64,000 nt of DNA, taken from NCBI GenBank assembly GCA_963832745.1, contig CAWHVC010000003.1, positions 384,001 through 448,000 on the forward strand. Direction: 5' to 3'. Under the pieces are notes generated by a model. It was not told the origin of the DNA. It saw only the letters and a list, made by a program, of their open reading frames with translations, and searched no databases. The position numbers were made by a program, and so were the translations under genes. The DNA is from Candidatus Bathyarchaeota archaeon. GTDB taxonomy: Archaea; Thermoproteota; Bathyarchaeia; Bathyarchaeales; Bathycorpusculaceae. Shown here piece by piece: positions 1 through 9,338 of this stretch; positions within the stretch are counted from its first letter, which is position 1, and each line of letters opens with the position of its first letter.

Positions 1-120
1 AGGCAACGGCATTGATGATTCTTCCGAAGGAAAAAGCGTGAATGTTGCTTCGGCCAGTAGCAGGGCTAACAGTACCGCTAAAATTGTTGCCATTAACATT
101 TTTGTTTTTAAGCCGACCAA
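1..120 (-). CDS. N-terminal fragment of a secreted/membrane protein (runs off window start)
   Basis: Manual translation from TTG at 120: MVGLKTKMLMATILAVLLALLLAEATFTLFPSEESSMPLP; basic N-region plus hydrophobic core typical of a signal peptide; divergent from the regulator at 312/369. Confidence 0.6.
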   Translation of the reverse strand, partial: MVGLKTKMLMATILAVLLALLLAEATFTLFPSEESSMPLP

Positions 121-311
121 CTTGTTGCTTCTCTCAATTTGCCTGTAGTGGTTCCTGCAGTATTTAACAGTATTTTAGTAAGTGACTGTACTATTTTTTA
201 TACACTTTTTTTCCAGCAGCTAAACGTCTGGTTCTTTAATGGTAACAGGTAAAAAGGGTAGTTCTTAAATTGTTGATTTAATCTAATTCTTTCTGCGAGG
301 GGGTAAAGAAG

Positions 312-731
312 TTAACTGAAGGTTCAGCTGATATTTTAAAGGGAACAACTCTTGATATTTACCGGTTAATGCTAAAATCAAACAAGCCTCTGGGCATACG
401 GGAAGTCCAGCGTGCACTAAACTTAAGCAGTCCCTCAGTCGCACAGTATCACCTATCAAAACTTGAGCAAGCAGGACTCGTAAAAAGAGACGTTGGAAAC
501 TATGTTGTAAACCGTGTCCTACTGGAAAGTTTTGTTAAAATCAACCGTTTCCTTATCCCGCGTTACCTGTTTTACTCAGTCTTCTCACTGGTCATTCTTG
601 TTTTGGAACTTACAATTCTTAAACCAACAGTTTTTAGCTCTTACTATTTCTTTTATGCAACAGCAACCTTAGTGTTCTTCCTAATCTTTTGTTACGAAAC
701 CGTTAGAGTATGGCTTAAAGGCAACCTATAA
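312..731 (+). CDS. Membrane-anchored winged-helix (ArsR-like) transcriptional regulator
   Basis: HTH GIREVQRALNLSSPSVAQYHLSKLEQAGLV then two TM helices; frame is open upstream of ATG369 (LTEGSADILKGTTLDIYRLM) with GAGGGGG RBS-like motif at 297-303. Confidence 0.8.
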   Translation, partial: LTEGSADILKGTTLDIYRLMLKSNKPLGIREVQRALNLSSPSVAQYHLSKLEQAGLVKRDVGNYVVNRVLLESFVKINRFLIPRYLFYSVFSLVILVLELTILKPTVFSSYYFFYATATLVFFLIFCYETVRVWLKGNL

Positions 732-863
732 CAAGCCAACTTTAAACAAACTAAAATTTTTGTTAACAATTTTATCATGCTTTTTTTGGTTTCTTTAGGT
801 AAGGGTTAAATGTCAAGGTCGCACATGCATACTTTAATAATCCGTAAAGGTTTGGTTAAAGAA

Positions 864-1478
864 ATGCAATCCGCTAAATCAGGAAGGGCATTCGTTTCAG
901 TTGACCCAAGCAAATGCATCGGATGTGGACTTTGCGAGTTTGCTTGCACCTTAGAGAAAGGCGAGCAGGTTTGGAACCCAATCCGTTCAAGAATCCGTGT
1001 AGTCCGCATGGCACCCATGTTCAATTTTGCTTTATCATGCCGCGGATGCGATGACGCAAGATGCGTAAAATCATGCCCCGAAAAAGCAATCACCCAATCA
1101 GAAACTAACCACCTGCTAATTATTGACGAAAAGAAATGCAAAGGCTGCGACTGGTGCGTTCAAGCTTGCCCACGCGGTGGAATCACCATTCACACTGGCA
1201 CAGGGAAAGCTATAGCATGCAACCTCTGCGAAGGCGAACCTAAATGTGTTGAAATATGCCCTGAAGATGCACTAGAAATTGTTAGTTCTGACGAAGAAGC
1301 AGATAAACGCTTTAACGATGCATTGGAAAATCTGCCTGCAGTAACAGAAAAACTGGCGACACAAATAAAGAATCGTGAATGGAAGCCACTGCTTGCTACT
1401 TCAGAGCAACGTACACAAAAAATTACTGAGAAGCTTCAATCCTTAAACAAGAAAGCACTCGAGAAACAACACAAATAA
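864..1478 (+). CDS. 4Fe-4S dicluster ferredoxin-like electron transfer protein (DmsB/HydN-like)
   Basis: Four Cys clusters: CIGCGLCEFAC, CRGC..C..CP, CKGCDWCVQACP, CNLC..C..CP; ATG864 more likely start than 810. Confidence 0.9.
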   Translation: MQSAKSGRAFVSVDPSKCIGCGLCEFACTLEKGEQVWNPIRSRIRVVRMAPMFNFALSCRGCDDARCVKSCPEKAITQSETNHLLIIDEKKCKGCDWCVQACPRGGITIHTGTGKAIACNLCEGEPKCVEICPEDALEIVSSDEEADKRFNDALENLPAVTEKLATQIKNREWKPLLATSEQRTQKITEKLQSLNKKALEKQHK

Positions 1479-1503
1479 TCCTCTCTTTTAACCGGTTTCT
1501 TTT

Positions 1504-2370
1504 TTATTTACTGTTTACAAGTGGCTTTTCCCCTTCAAAACCTCTTAAGAGGTTATCAATGTCTGCCCCGTTTTTTTCGCCCATATAGCCGCCTTCAAAC
1601 ACAAAAAACGTTGATTTGCCTAATTTTGCAATCCGTTGTCCAATCTGGTAAAAACTTTTTTCAGTAAGTGCCAACGAGGCTAAATCGCCCAAGTGCGTGT
1701 CACAGCCGACTGAAACTGCCAACACTTCAAACTCGCCCAAATCAACCATGCCCAAAGCTTCATCCAAAGTACTAAGATAAACGTCTTCTCCACAATCGCT
1801 TGGCAGTCCATAATTAATGCAGTTGCCTTCGGTTAATGCGCCCGTTCCAGGGTAATTAGGTGACTGATGCACTGAAACATAAGAGACTTTGGGGTCGCCT
1901 TGAAAAACTTCTTGTGTGCCATTGCCATGGTGCCCATCAATATCTAAAATCAACGTAGGTTTATTGAGTTCTTTTACGGCAATTGCAATGTTGTTTAGAT
2001 AACAGAATCCTCGTGTGTAAACTCCAAGCGCAGCTCCGTACCTGCCAACATGATGTCCCGGAGGCCGCGTTAATGAGAAACCGTTGATTTTTGACGCTAA
2101 AATTGCTCCGCCGACTGAAAGTCTTGCGTACTCAAAAATTTTGTCATACGCGGGCGTATCGGTGTCTTCAACTAAGCCTTTTTTTAGGTTCCAAAGGTAC
2201 TCGGGGTCATGAACCGACATTATCTGGTCTTCTGTTGCAGGTTTTGGTTCAACGAATTCGTAGCCGCGGTCAAAAAGAATGTCTTTTGCAACTTTAACTC
2301 GTTGGGGTCCTTCAACATGCCAGGTGCCGTAGCCTAAGCATTTGTCTGAGTAGACAATCCTTGTTTTCAT
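1504..2370 (-). CDS. Histone deacetylase / acetoin utilization deacetylase family protein
   Basis: RPPGHH, GFCYLNN, DIDGHHGNGTQ, GCDTH-GD, EGGY motifs. Confidence 0.93.
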   Translation of the reverse strand: MKTRIVYSDKCLGYGTWHVEGPQRVKVAKDILFDRGYEFVEPKPATEDQIMSVHDPEYLWNLKKGLVEDTDTPAYDKIFEYARLSVGGAILASKINGFSLTRPPGHHVGRYGAALGVYTRGFCYLNNIAIAVKELNKPTLILDIDGHHGNGTQEVFQGDPKVSYVSVHQSPNYPGTGALTEGNCINYGLPSDCGEDVYLSTLDEALGMVDLGEFEVLAVSVGCDTHLGDLASLALTEKSFYQIGQRIAKLGKSTFFVFEGGYMGEKNGADIDNLLRGFEGEKPLVNSK

Positions 2371-2466
2371 GTCTCTCTGCCATTAGACAGATAAGCATCG
2401 GTTTCACATTTAAAATATAACCATAAAACAGTGATAAACGCCTGCTAACATGGAGAAAAAAAGACT

Positions 2467-4419
2467 TTGACAAATGAAAACCCGTTTGATTTGTTCCGCC
2501 AAGAATGCCGCGCCGCATTAGCGCAAGCCATAGAAAAGACCTTTCCAGACGCTGCCCTGCCAACTATCAACTTAAACAAAACTCCAAACATCGAGTTAGG
2601 CCAACTTGCTTCTTCACTGAGTTTTGAGTTGGCAAAAAAACTAAGCATGAAACCCCTCGCGGTCGCTGAGCAGCTTGTCAAAGCTATTGATAAGTCACGG
2701 TTTGATTTAATTGAAAAAATCGAAACCGCAGGTGCAGGCTACATAAATTTTTACATTAATTTCCTAAAGTTTTCCCAGTTAACATTAGAATCAATTAAAG
2801 CTCAAAGCAAAAGTTACGGTTACATAAAAACGGGAGCACCAACAAAAATCATAGTCGAACACACCAGCGTCAACCCCTTGCATCCAATTCATATCGGGCA
2901 AGCACGAAACCCCATGATAGGCGACACCCTTGCACGCATCCTAAAGCTGCGTGGTCACGACGTTTCAACCCACTACTATATTGATGATGTGGGTCGTCAA
3001 TCCAGCGTGGTCGCTTACGGTTATGAGAAGCTGGGCAGACCTAAACCAACCGAAAAACCGGACCTTTATGTAGGCAAAATCTACACAGTCACTTGTTGCA
3101 TCGTCGAAATCAGTCGGCTTAAAAAAGCAAAAGAAGCTGCAGTGGCGGCCAAATCATCAGATGATTTTGTCAAGGTAAACAAGGAACTTGATGAATGGAC
3201 ATCAATCGCGGCTGAACTAACAGAAAAATACCCTGTCCTCTTTGAAGCTTTACTAACAAAAATTAATGAAGATGAAAATCCAGAAGAAGAAATCAACCGC
3301 TTAAACCGCAAATACGAAGATGGCGAACCCAATGCTAAACAGCTTATTCGGGAAGTCAGCGATTTGTGCCTTGATGGTTTCCGCCAAACTCAAAGCCGCG
3401 TGTCGGTGCATTATGATTCTTGGGATTGGGAAAGCGATTTTGTTTGGAGCGGTCAAGTTAACGAAGTCATGGCTAAACTGAAAGCTTCGCCGTTTCTTTA
3501 CTTTGAAAACGGTGTATGGGAGTTTGACGCAAACAAAGTCGCAGACGTTATGCAGCTTAAACCGAAATTGAGCATGAAAGAAAACCATGAAATCCCACCC
3601 TTAACTTTGATGCGTGCTGACGGAACCACTCTTTACACGACCCGTGATGTTGCTTACAGTGTTTGGAAGTTCCAGCGTGCAGATAAAGTCATTAATGTTA
3701 TTGGTATGGAGCAGTCTTTGGCGCAGTTACAACTTAAAGTGGCGCTTTACGCTTTAGGCTACACCAAAGAAGCAGAAAACTTTGTCCATTTTGCATATAA
3801 CTTGGTGTCGTTGCCTGGTTACAAGATGAGTAGCCGTCGTGGACATTACATCACTTTTGACCAAGTCCTCGACGATGCAGTTGAACGTGCTTATCAGGAA
3901 GTTTGCAAACGTTCACCCATGTTTACTGAAGAAGAGAAACGCAGCATCGCCAACTTTGTCGGCATCGGCGCCGTCCGCTACGCCTTAGTTGATGTGGACC
4001 CGGGCAAACAAGTTGTTTTCACTTGGGACCGCGTGCTTAACTTTGAAACCAACAGCGCCCCCTACGTGCAGTACACTCATGCAAGAGCCTGTAGCATCCT
4101 GCGAAAAGCCGCCGTCGACAACACAACTGCCCCAGCTTTTGAAAAGTTAACTGAAAAACTTGAACGAGAACTAATCCTGCAACTCGCTGGGTTCCCAGAC
4201 ATGTTCATAGAAGCCACAGAATACCTTAAACCAAGCATGATAGCTGACTACGCAAACGCGCTTGCAGACAAATTCAACACTTTCTACAATGCGTTACCAG
4301 TCATTAAGGCTGAAACTTCCGAGCTTAGTAGTGCACGTTTAGCTTTGACTGATGCCATCCGAACAGTGCTAAGCAATGCTTTGGCGTTGATTGGGGTTAT
4401 TGCACCCGAACGCATGTAA
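2467..4419 (+). CDS. argS: Arginyl-tRNA synthetase
   Basis: EHTSVNPLHPIHIGQARN (HIGH), KMSSRRG, YVQYTHARACSIL, C-terminal PERM. Confidence 0.98.
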   Translation: MTNENPFDLFRQECRAALAQAIEKTFPDAALPTINLNKTPNIELGQLASSLSFELAKKLSMKPLAVAEQLVKAIDKSRFDLIEKIETAGAGYINFYINFLKFSQLTLESIKAQSKSYGYIKTGAPTKIIVEHTSVNPLHPIHIGQARNPMIGDTLARILKLRGHDVSTHYYIDDVGRQSSVVAYGYEKLGRPKPTEKPDLYVGKIYTVTCCIVEISRLKKAKEAAVAAKSSDDFVKVNKELDEWTSIAAELTEKYPVLFEALLTKINEDENPEEEINRLNRKYEDGEPNAKQLIREVSDLCLDGFRQTQSRVSVHYDSWDWESDFVWSGQVNEVMAKLKASPFLYFENGVWEFDANKVADVMQLKPKLSMKENHEIPPLTLMRADGTTLYTTRDVAYSVWKFQRADKVINVIGMEQSLAQLQLKVALYALGYTKEAENFVHFAYNLVSLPGYKMSSRRGHYITFDQVLDDAVERAYQEVCKRSPMFTEEEKRSIANFVGIGAVRYALVDVDPGKQVVFTWDRVLNFETNSAPYVQYTHARACSILRKAAVDNTTAPAFEKLTEKLERELILQLAGFPDMFIEATEYLKPSMIADYANALADKFNTFYNALPVIKAETSELSSARLALTDAIRTVLSNALALIGVIAPERM

Positions 4420-4435
4420 CTTTCCTCTTCTACAA

Positions 4436-4566
4436 TTCAACATGTTAATGGCGCGTTTTTTAGCCAATAGCACCTACCCCCCTTAGTGATTGCTGTTTTC
4501 ACAAGTTTTTTGAGTTTCTACCTACCCTATAGGTTCTGCATATTATTTCTAATAGGATCCAAATAG
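4436..4566. repeat. ~130-bp non-coding site, contiguous ('empty') copy; its halves recur at 46471-46520 and 50489-50545
   Basis: 4472-4491 ACCTACCCCCCTTAGTGATT is the exact reverse complement of 50489-50508; 4546-4566 TTTCTAATAGGATCCAAATAG is the exact reverse complement of 46471-46491; flanks also similar. Confidence 0.9.
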
Positions 4567-4582
4567 GTTGGTGGAGAAGTGT

Positions 4583-4637
4583 TTGGTGCGGAGGGTGGGA
4601 TTTGAACCCACGAACCCCTGCGGGATAGGAGCCTCAG
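4583..4637 (-). repeat. Outer att site: 55-bp duplication of the 3' half of tRNA-Leu (anticodon loop to CCA)
   Basis: Identical to 20742-20796. Confidence 0.97.
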
Positions 4638-4670
4638 GGCGCTTTGCGCCAGTCTCTTTGATGATGCCAT
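4584..4670 (-). pseudogene. Integrase N-terminal fragment int(N)-1 overlapping outer att
   Basis: ATG4670 gives MASSKRLAQSALRLLSRRGSWVQIPPSAP, in the same frame across att as the integrase ORF at 19843-20814. Confidence 0.7.
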
Positions 4671-4691
4671 ACGGGTGCAACGTTTACCCGT

Positions 4692-5039
4692 TTGAATTAT
4701 GACGAGTTTAAGGCGGTCTTTATAGGCAATAGCAAAAAAGTATTCATCAGCTATATCCCATCTGAAATAGGTGAAAGAATTGCAAAGGGCAATACTGTCA
4801 ATTACGATCGGGTGCAGAAGCTAGCGGAGTGTCATTTGAAAAGACTCTGTTACGCTGATTTGCGTGAACTTTTCGCTTCGTTATCGGTCAAAAATTTGAA
4901 GCAACCTGAAATCGATTTCTTGCAAGGAAGAATAGCTGCTATCGTTTTTCTTAGAAATTACTTTAACCCTCAGTTCATAAATGATCTACAAAAAAGAGCA
5001 TTACAAAACGCTCGTGAAATGCTACCTTACAACTGGTGA
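4692..5039 (+). CDS. Hypothetical protein
   Basis: 115-aa ORF, first in a co-directional run; no motif recognised. Confidence 0.5.
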   Translation: MNYDEFKAVFIGNSKKVFISYIPSEIGERIAKGNTVNYDRVQKLAECHLKRLCYADLRELFASLSVKNLKQPEIDFLQGRIAAIVFLRNYFNPQFINDLQKRALQNAREMLPYNW

Positions 5040-5088
5040 TATAGTAGACCTACGAAGACATTATATTACCCACAACTAAATACAAAAG

Positions 5089-6183
5089 GTGGAAAAAATG
5101 GTTACCAGTGAAGAACTCGATGCATTAGACGATATATGTTTCGTAACAATTGACCAGTTTCTTAGGAATCATAACTTATCCGTTTTGGACAACAGATTGC
5201 TTGCAAATTACAAGGGTGAATTGGATGCTATTGCTGTAATGAGAGATATTTGGCTTAAAGAAATGCAAGCATCTCCTGAAAAACTAATAGATGTCTATGA
5301 ACAAACAAACGACCGCAAAAAAGTCATACATTATGAGAATCTTGTTGATGCTACACTAATCAATTTTGCAGCAGAACTTTTTGCCTCCATTCTTGGCGGG
5401 ATTATAAGCGGCATTATTGTGGCAGAATACTCAGAAAATCGAAAAAAGATCTACACAGGGATTAAGAAACTTTACAGAAAACCAATAGACAAGTTAAATG
5501 AAGCGGCGGGTAAAGTTTATGAAAAGTACGAAAAAGCCTTGAGGTATATCTTCCGTGCTTTGATACTGAAGAGTTATACTGAAAAACGCCAACTTCCATT
5601 TGACCAATATTTGCATGTTAGAGAAAGCATACGCCAAGAAGTTTATGGGTCTTCAAAGGCAAACTTGTCAAACGAGTTTGAGCAGTTCGAGAGATGTTTC
5701 CTATTTAATCACGGCTTACTAGATATGAAAGATTCGTTTGCCCAAAAGATTGCATTTGAACTAATCAAAAATTCAATTGATACAGACATTCCCAGTAGGA
5801 GTAAAACGCTTATCTCACAGACATCAGAGATTAGTCCAAAAGATTTTGATTCATACGAAGTAATTTTAACTGGTCTTGGGTGCGGAAAAAAAGGCATCGC
5901 CGCTGGCGAGGTTGCACTTGTTCTCTCTTACGATGATTGTCAAAACGTAAAATTAGGGGACGTCATGGTTTTTCATGAAATGAACCCAGACTATGTAGAG
6001 GCAGCAAGACGTTCGTCAGCTTTAATTGCAGAGGTGGGAGGTTTAACGTCTCACACCTCAATAATTGGTAGAGAACTAATGAAACCTGTAATCGTTAGCG
6101 CTGAAAATGCCACAACAATACTAAGAAACAGAGAAAAAATAATTGTTGATTCGACCAAAGGTGTTGCCTTTGCCCAAACATAA
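5089..6183 (+). CDS. Unknown N-terminal domain fused to PEP-utilizing enzyme mobile (phosphohistidine swivel) domain
   Basis: C-terminal GDVMVFHEMNPDY...ALIAEVGGLTSHTSIIGRELMKPVIV...IIVDSTKG matches the GGxTSH swivel signature; hydrophobic helix FASILGGIISGIIVA in N-part. Confidence 0.85.
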   Translation: MEKMVTSEELDALDDICFVTIDQFLRNHNLSVLDNRLLANYKGELDAIAVMRDIWLKEMQASPEKLIDVYEQTNDRKKVIHYENLVDATLINFAAELFASILGGIISGIIVAEYSENRKKIYTGIKKLYRKPIDKLNEAAGKVYEKYEKALRYIFRALILKSYTEKRQLPFDQYLHVRESIRQEVYGSSKANLSNEFEQFERCFLFNHGLLDMKDSFAQKIAFELIKNSIDTDIPSRSKTLISQTSEISPKDFDSYEVILTGLGCGKKGIAAGEVALVLSYDDCQNVKLGDVMVFHEMNPDYVEAARRSSALIAEVGGLTSHTSIIGRELMKPVIVSAENATTILRNREKIIVDSTKGVAFAQT

Positions 6184-6246
6184 TGATGAAAAATTCGCAA
6201 GTATTTTATACAAATTAAACACAATAAGCTGTCCAAGAGAAAAAAA

Positions 6247-7344
6247 ATGAAAACATTTGAAATAGATTCGCTTCCTTTCGCTCTAGAGCTAATGCTTAAT
6301 GAATTTACCAAATTATCGTTAAAGAAAAAGTGGGGATCGATAAAGGTCATAACGCTTTTCTCTGAAACCTCCTTTGAAAATTTAGTTAAGAGAATAAACT
6401 CTTCAGACATGGAAGTTAAAAGCGATAAAGTAAATGATACCGATGGAACCACTTTATTTTCTTGCACTGCACTAAGAGTATTTAGAAGAAATGGTGAAGA
6501 AACAAAAATAACAGGCAACTTCTATGCAATCCAGAAAAAGCCTTTCTTGTATTTAATTACTGGAGAAAGAAATCCCTTTTTACCGAAAATACTTGCGCCT
6601 ATTGCAAAGAATTTTTACCCCGATGCTATCAGGACATTTATTACCTCTGAGGATTTACTCCAATTATTATCGGATTTTTCAACAACAAAAGGGATTGAAC
6701 TTCGATATACTGAATTTGTTTACAAAAGCATGTTTGAAAAAGCATTCACCGATAGAAGAAATGAAAAAAGAGGTGCCTTTGCTGAATATTCCCCTTATTT
6801 TATGGCGTTTAAGAAAGCTAGAGAACAAGGAGGACGCGTTGACCGAATCAAGGTTTTTGGAGGAGGCAATTCATTTAGTATCTCACGAAGCGGGATTATC
6901 AAAATATATTCAGGAGTTTTCACCAATTTTTATCAATTCTTTATGGCAAGAATCGGCACAATTTCAGTTGAGCGATGGAAAGTTTTCGAAAAGAGAGCTA
7001 GATCAGAAACCCCCAATAAAATACCTAGACCTGTTTTAGTAAATTTTGATACGAACGTTTTTGATGATATCGCCGAGAGAAAGCTACTAATCAAAATTTT
7101 AGCAGAGTACAGTAATTGTGAATATTCAATCATACATGGCGGAAACCCACATGTTTACGTTGCCATCCTTGACAAAACGGATAACTCCTCTTTTACGGTT
7201 AGAACCTACGAAAATAATTCACTCTTGCTTACACCACAAATTAGAACAACAAAATCTTCGCTAGTTAGATTTTCCAAGTTCCTGTTGGATCGGTTCCAAG
7301 AAGGAATACCCGCGGAGTTCCAAATTGAGGGTGCTGTAACTTGA
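6247..7344 (+). CDS. Hypothetical protein, translationally coupled to downstream nuclease
   Basis: 365-aa ORF; TTGA start/stop overlap with 7341. Confidence 0.8.
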   Translation: MKTFEIDSLPFALELMLNEFTKLSLKKKWGSIKVITLFSETSFENLVKRINSSDMEVKSDKVNDTDGTTLFSCTALRVFRRNGEETKITGNFYAIQKKPFLYLITGERNPFLPKILAPIAKNFYPDAIRTFITSEDLLQLLSDFSTTKGIELRYTEFVYKSMFEKAFTDRRNEKRGAFAEYSPYFMAFKKAREQGGRVDRIKVFGGGNSFSISRSGIIKIYSGVFTNFYQFFMARIGTISVERWKVFEKRARSETPNKIPRPVLVNFDTNVFDDIAERKLLIKILAEYSNCEYSIIHGGNPHVYVAILDKTDNSSFTVRTYENNSLLLTPQIRTTKSSLVRFSKFLLDRFQEGIPAEFQIEGAVT

Positions 7345-8405
7345 TTGACGCTAAAGTTGCAGCCTTCGAAGCAGTAGAACGACAAAAGAAGCTTCAGAAG
7401 CTAAAAGATGAACGTTTGGTGGAATATGACCGATATTACCAAACAGTTCTACTTACTCTAGGATTAAAAAACTATTTAGAAACGCATGCAAGAGATTGTC
7501 GATTTATATCCGCTGAACCTTGTTTCTCAAATTCTCAGGGCTCGGAGATTAGACCCGATATAGTGCTACAACATAACGGAAAGAAAGGTATTCTATGTGA
7601 AGTTAAAACGTCAATGCCCCAAAAAGACGAGCATTTGCTTGCGACATTGAAACAATTAGAGCGATATTCTCAAGAAGTTTTTGGTTGGGAAACGATAGAT
7701 AGAACGGTAGATTTTCACGAAACGTTGCTTTTATGTCATGCCTTTGATTATGACAGAGTTTCTGAAAAGCTGTCCCAATGGTCAAAGGAAGGTTTGCTGA
7801 AGATTTCTAACGTGGTCTTGTGTGAGTGGATAATGGCACCTAACCCAAAAACCGCGAAAGAAGAATTAATGATACGGTTAAGGGAGGGCAGAACTAGCTG
7901 CGAAGAACTAAACTTGCTTTTGAAGAAGAACATAAACGTAGATATCAAGCAATTAATTGTCGAAGTTGAAGAGTGCAAATTTACTCGAAAAGAACCGCCT
8001 GTGGAATATACAATGGCTCAATTATGGATGCACGTTTTTTCAGAAATCAACCGAGACCCAATTGATTTCGAAGTCCCCATAAACAAGCTACTGGAAATTG
8101 TTTATGATTATTACATTTCATGGTCTAATATAGAAGGAGAATTTTCACAAGTCAGGGAGAGATGGATAAAAAAGGCTATGCAGGCATTTTGTAACATTGG
8201 AATGGCAACTCCAGTTACGGAAAAACCAAATACTTACAAAATCTTGACTTCAAAATCAATTCCGAAAAATGTTCAAGAATATGTAATTGAACGCCTTTGT
8301 GAAAAGGCATTGGATGAAAAGATTCCTAAAAAAAGCATTGTTCTGAGACCAGAGGAAAATAAGCAAATTACTGATTTCTTAGGTGGCAAAAAACCAAACG
8401 GATAG
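7341..8405 (+). CDS. Putative PD-(D/E)xK nuclease with C-terminal helical/wHTH-like region
   Basis: E...RPDIVL...ILCEVKTS...QLERY pattern of restriction-endonuclease-like fold. Confidence 0.7.
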   Translation: MIDAKVAAFEAVERQKKLQKLKDERLVEYDRYYQTVLLTLGLKNYLETHARDCRFISAEPCFSNSQGSEIRPDIVLQHNGKKGILCEVKTSMPQKDEHLLATLKQLERYSQEVFGWETIDRTVDFHETLLLCHAFDYDRVSEKLSQWSKEGLLKISNVVLCEWIMAPNPKTAKEELMIRLREGRTSCEELNLLLKKNINVDIKQLIVEVEECKFTRKEPPVEYTMAQLWMHVFSEINRDPIDFEVPINKLLEIVYDYYISWSNIEGEFSQVRERWIKKAMQAFCNIGMATPVTEKPNTYKILTSKSIPKNVQEYVIERLCEKALDEKIPKKSIVLRPEENKQITDFLGGKKPNG

Positions 8406-8893
8406 CTTACAAGCAAGTTTTCTGTGATTTTAAAATTGGGTTATCCGTTTTTTGCTCTATGAGTTATGTTTGCCCGCATAATGCGGTAAGAAGTTGGCGG
8501 GGGCTAGCGTCATTTTGGGTTAATGAATAATTGCATTTAGCAAAGAGAAATTATCTACCCAAATTTTCTGCACCTGCTGGAAACTGGCTAAGGTAATAAG
8601 CTATAGGTTATTAATACGGCTAAAACTAAATTCTTAGTAATTAGCAAATTATTAATTATTAAGAAAACAAGTGGATACCTTAGGTAGTGCCATGTCCGAT
8701 GCTTTTTAGCTCTTTTGCAAAATATCCTGTTTGACCTTTGCTATCGCTCGTTTACACGCACTATAGCGGTTGCAAAGGAAAAACTAGAGCCAATGTGTGG
8801 CATACAATTCCCCGCAAATCTATGGTAAACAATTTGTTGGTAAAATGGTAAACATGGAAAAAGCCGATTCCGTGTTCCTTTATCAAAAGGAAC

Positions 8894-8918
8894 TGGTGCG
8901 GAGGGTGGGATTTGAACC
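8894..8918 (-). repeat. Inner att site: 25-bp copy of tRNA-Leu 3' end (T-loop to CCA)
   Basis: TGGTGCGGAGGGTGGGATTTGAACC identical to 20743-20767 and 4584-4608. Confidence 0.93.
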
Positions 8919-8992
8919 AATGGATTTTCTTTCCCGAAAGAAACCCCAGCTAAAGAAAGGGCGTCCTTGTTATTGGTTGATTGTGTTTCCAT
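8894..8992 (-). pseudogene. Integrase N-terminal fragment int(N)-2 overlapping inner att
   Basis: METQSTNNKDALSLAGVSFGKENPLVQIPPSAP shares the att-encoded VQIPPSAP frame with the integrase ORF. Confidence 0.7.
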
Positions 8993-9007
8993 ATGCTTGT
9001 TTTCTCC

Positions 9008-9077
9008 GTAACAGATTATGTTACAATAAATTAGTTAGCGATAGACAGATATAAACGTAACGTAATATGTTACGTTT
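9008..9077. promoter_or_regulatory. Two palindromic operators GTAAC-N7-GTTAC between divergent int(N)-2 and a small ORF
   Basis: 9008-9024 and 9057-9073 (the second extends to AAACGTAAC-N7-GTTACGTTT); extra half site 9083-9087. Confidence 0.7.
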
Positions 9078-9088
9078 GAGGTGTTACG

Positions 9089-9256
9089 GTGCATAAGGAA
9101 TTACTCAGCGACAAAGAACGGCTAATACTAAAGCACTTTTTGGAGTCAGGAGAAAAGCAAGAAGGCTTTAGAATGCTCAAAATGCGTATACTTCGCAACT
9201 ATTCCCTGATAAGTGAAGATTTCAAATTAATTACAGAGTTAAAACAAAAGCTATAG
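9089..9256 (+). CDS. Small basic protein, candidate repressor/excisionase (not in ORF track)
   Basis: GTG start after GAGGTG RBS: MHKELLSDKERLILKHFLESGEKQEGFRMLKMRILRNYSLISEDFKLITELKQKL. Confidence 0.65.
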   Translation: MHKELLSDKERLILKHFLESGEKQEGFRMLKMRILRNYSLISEDFKLITELKQKL

Positions 9257-9338
9257 TAGCCTTATCAAGAGGCATTATAAACCAAATGCAAGTAAAGGCT
9301 ATTAGACAAATTAAGAATTCAACACTATCGGTCAGGTT

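Noticed and set aside
4583-4637. Second and third tRNA-Leu genes (also 8894-8918)
   Set aside because: Only 3' fragments with no D-arm or 5' acceptor strand; they are att duplications
5089-6183. PEP synthase or pyruvate phosphate dikinase
   Set aside because: Only the swivel domain is present; nucleotide-binding and PEP-binding domains are missing
8797-9054. 85-aa + strand ORF across the inner att
   Set aside because: Antisense to int(N)-2, spans the recombination junction and operators; no motif
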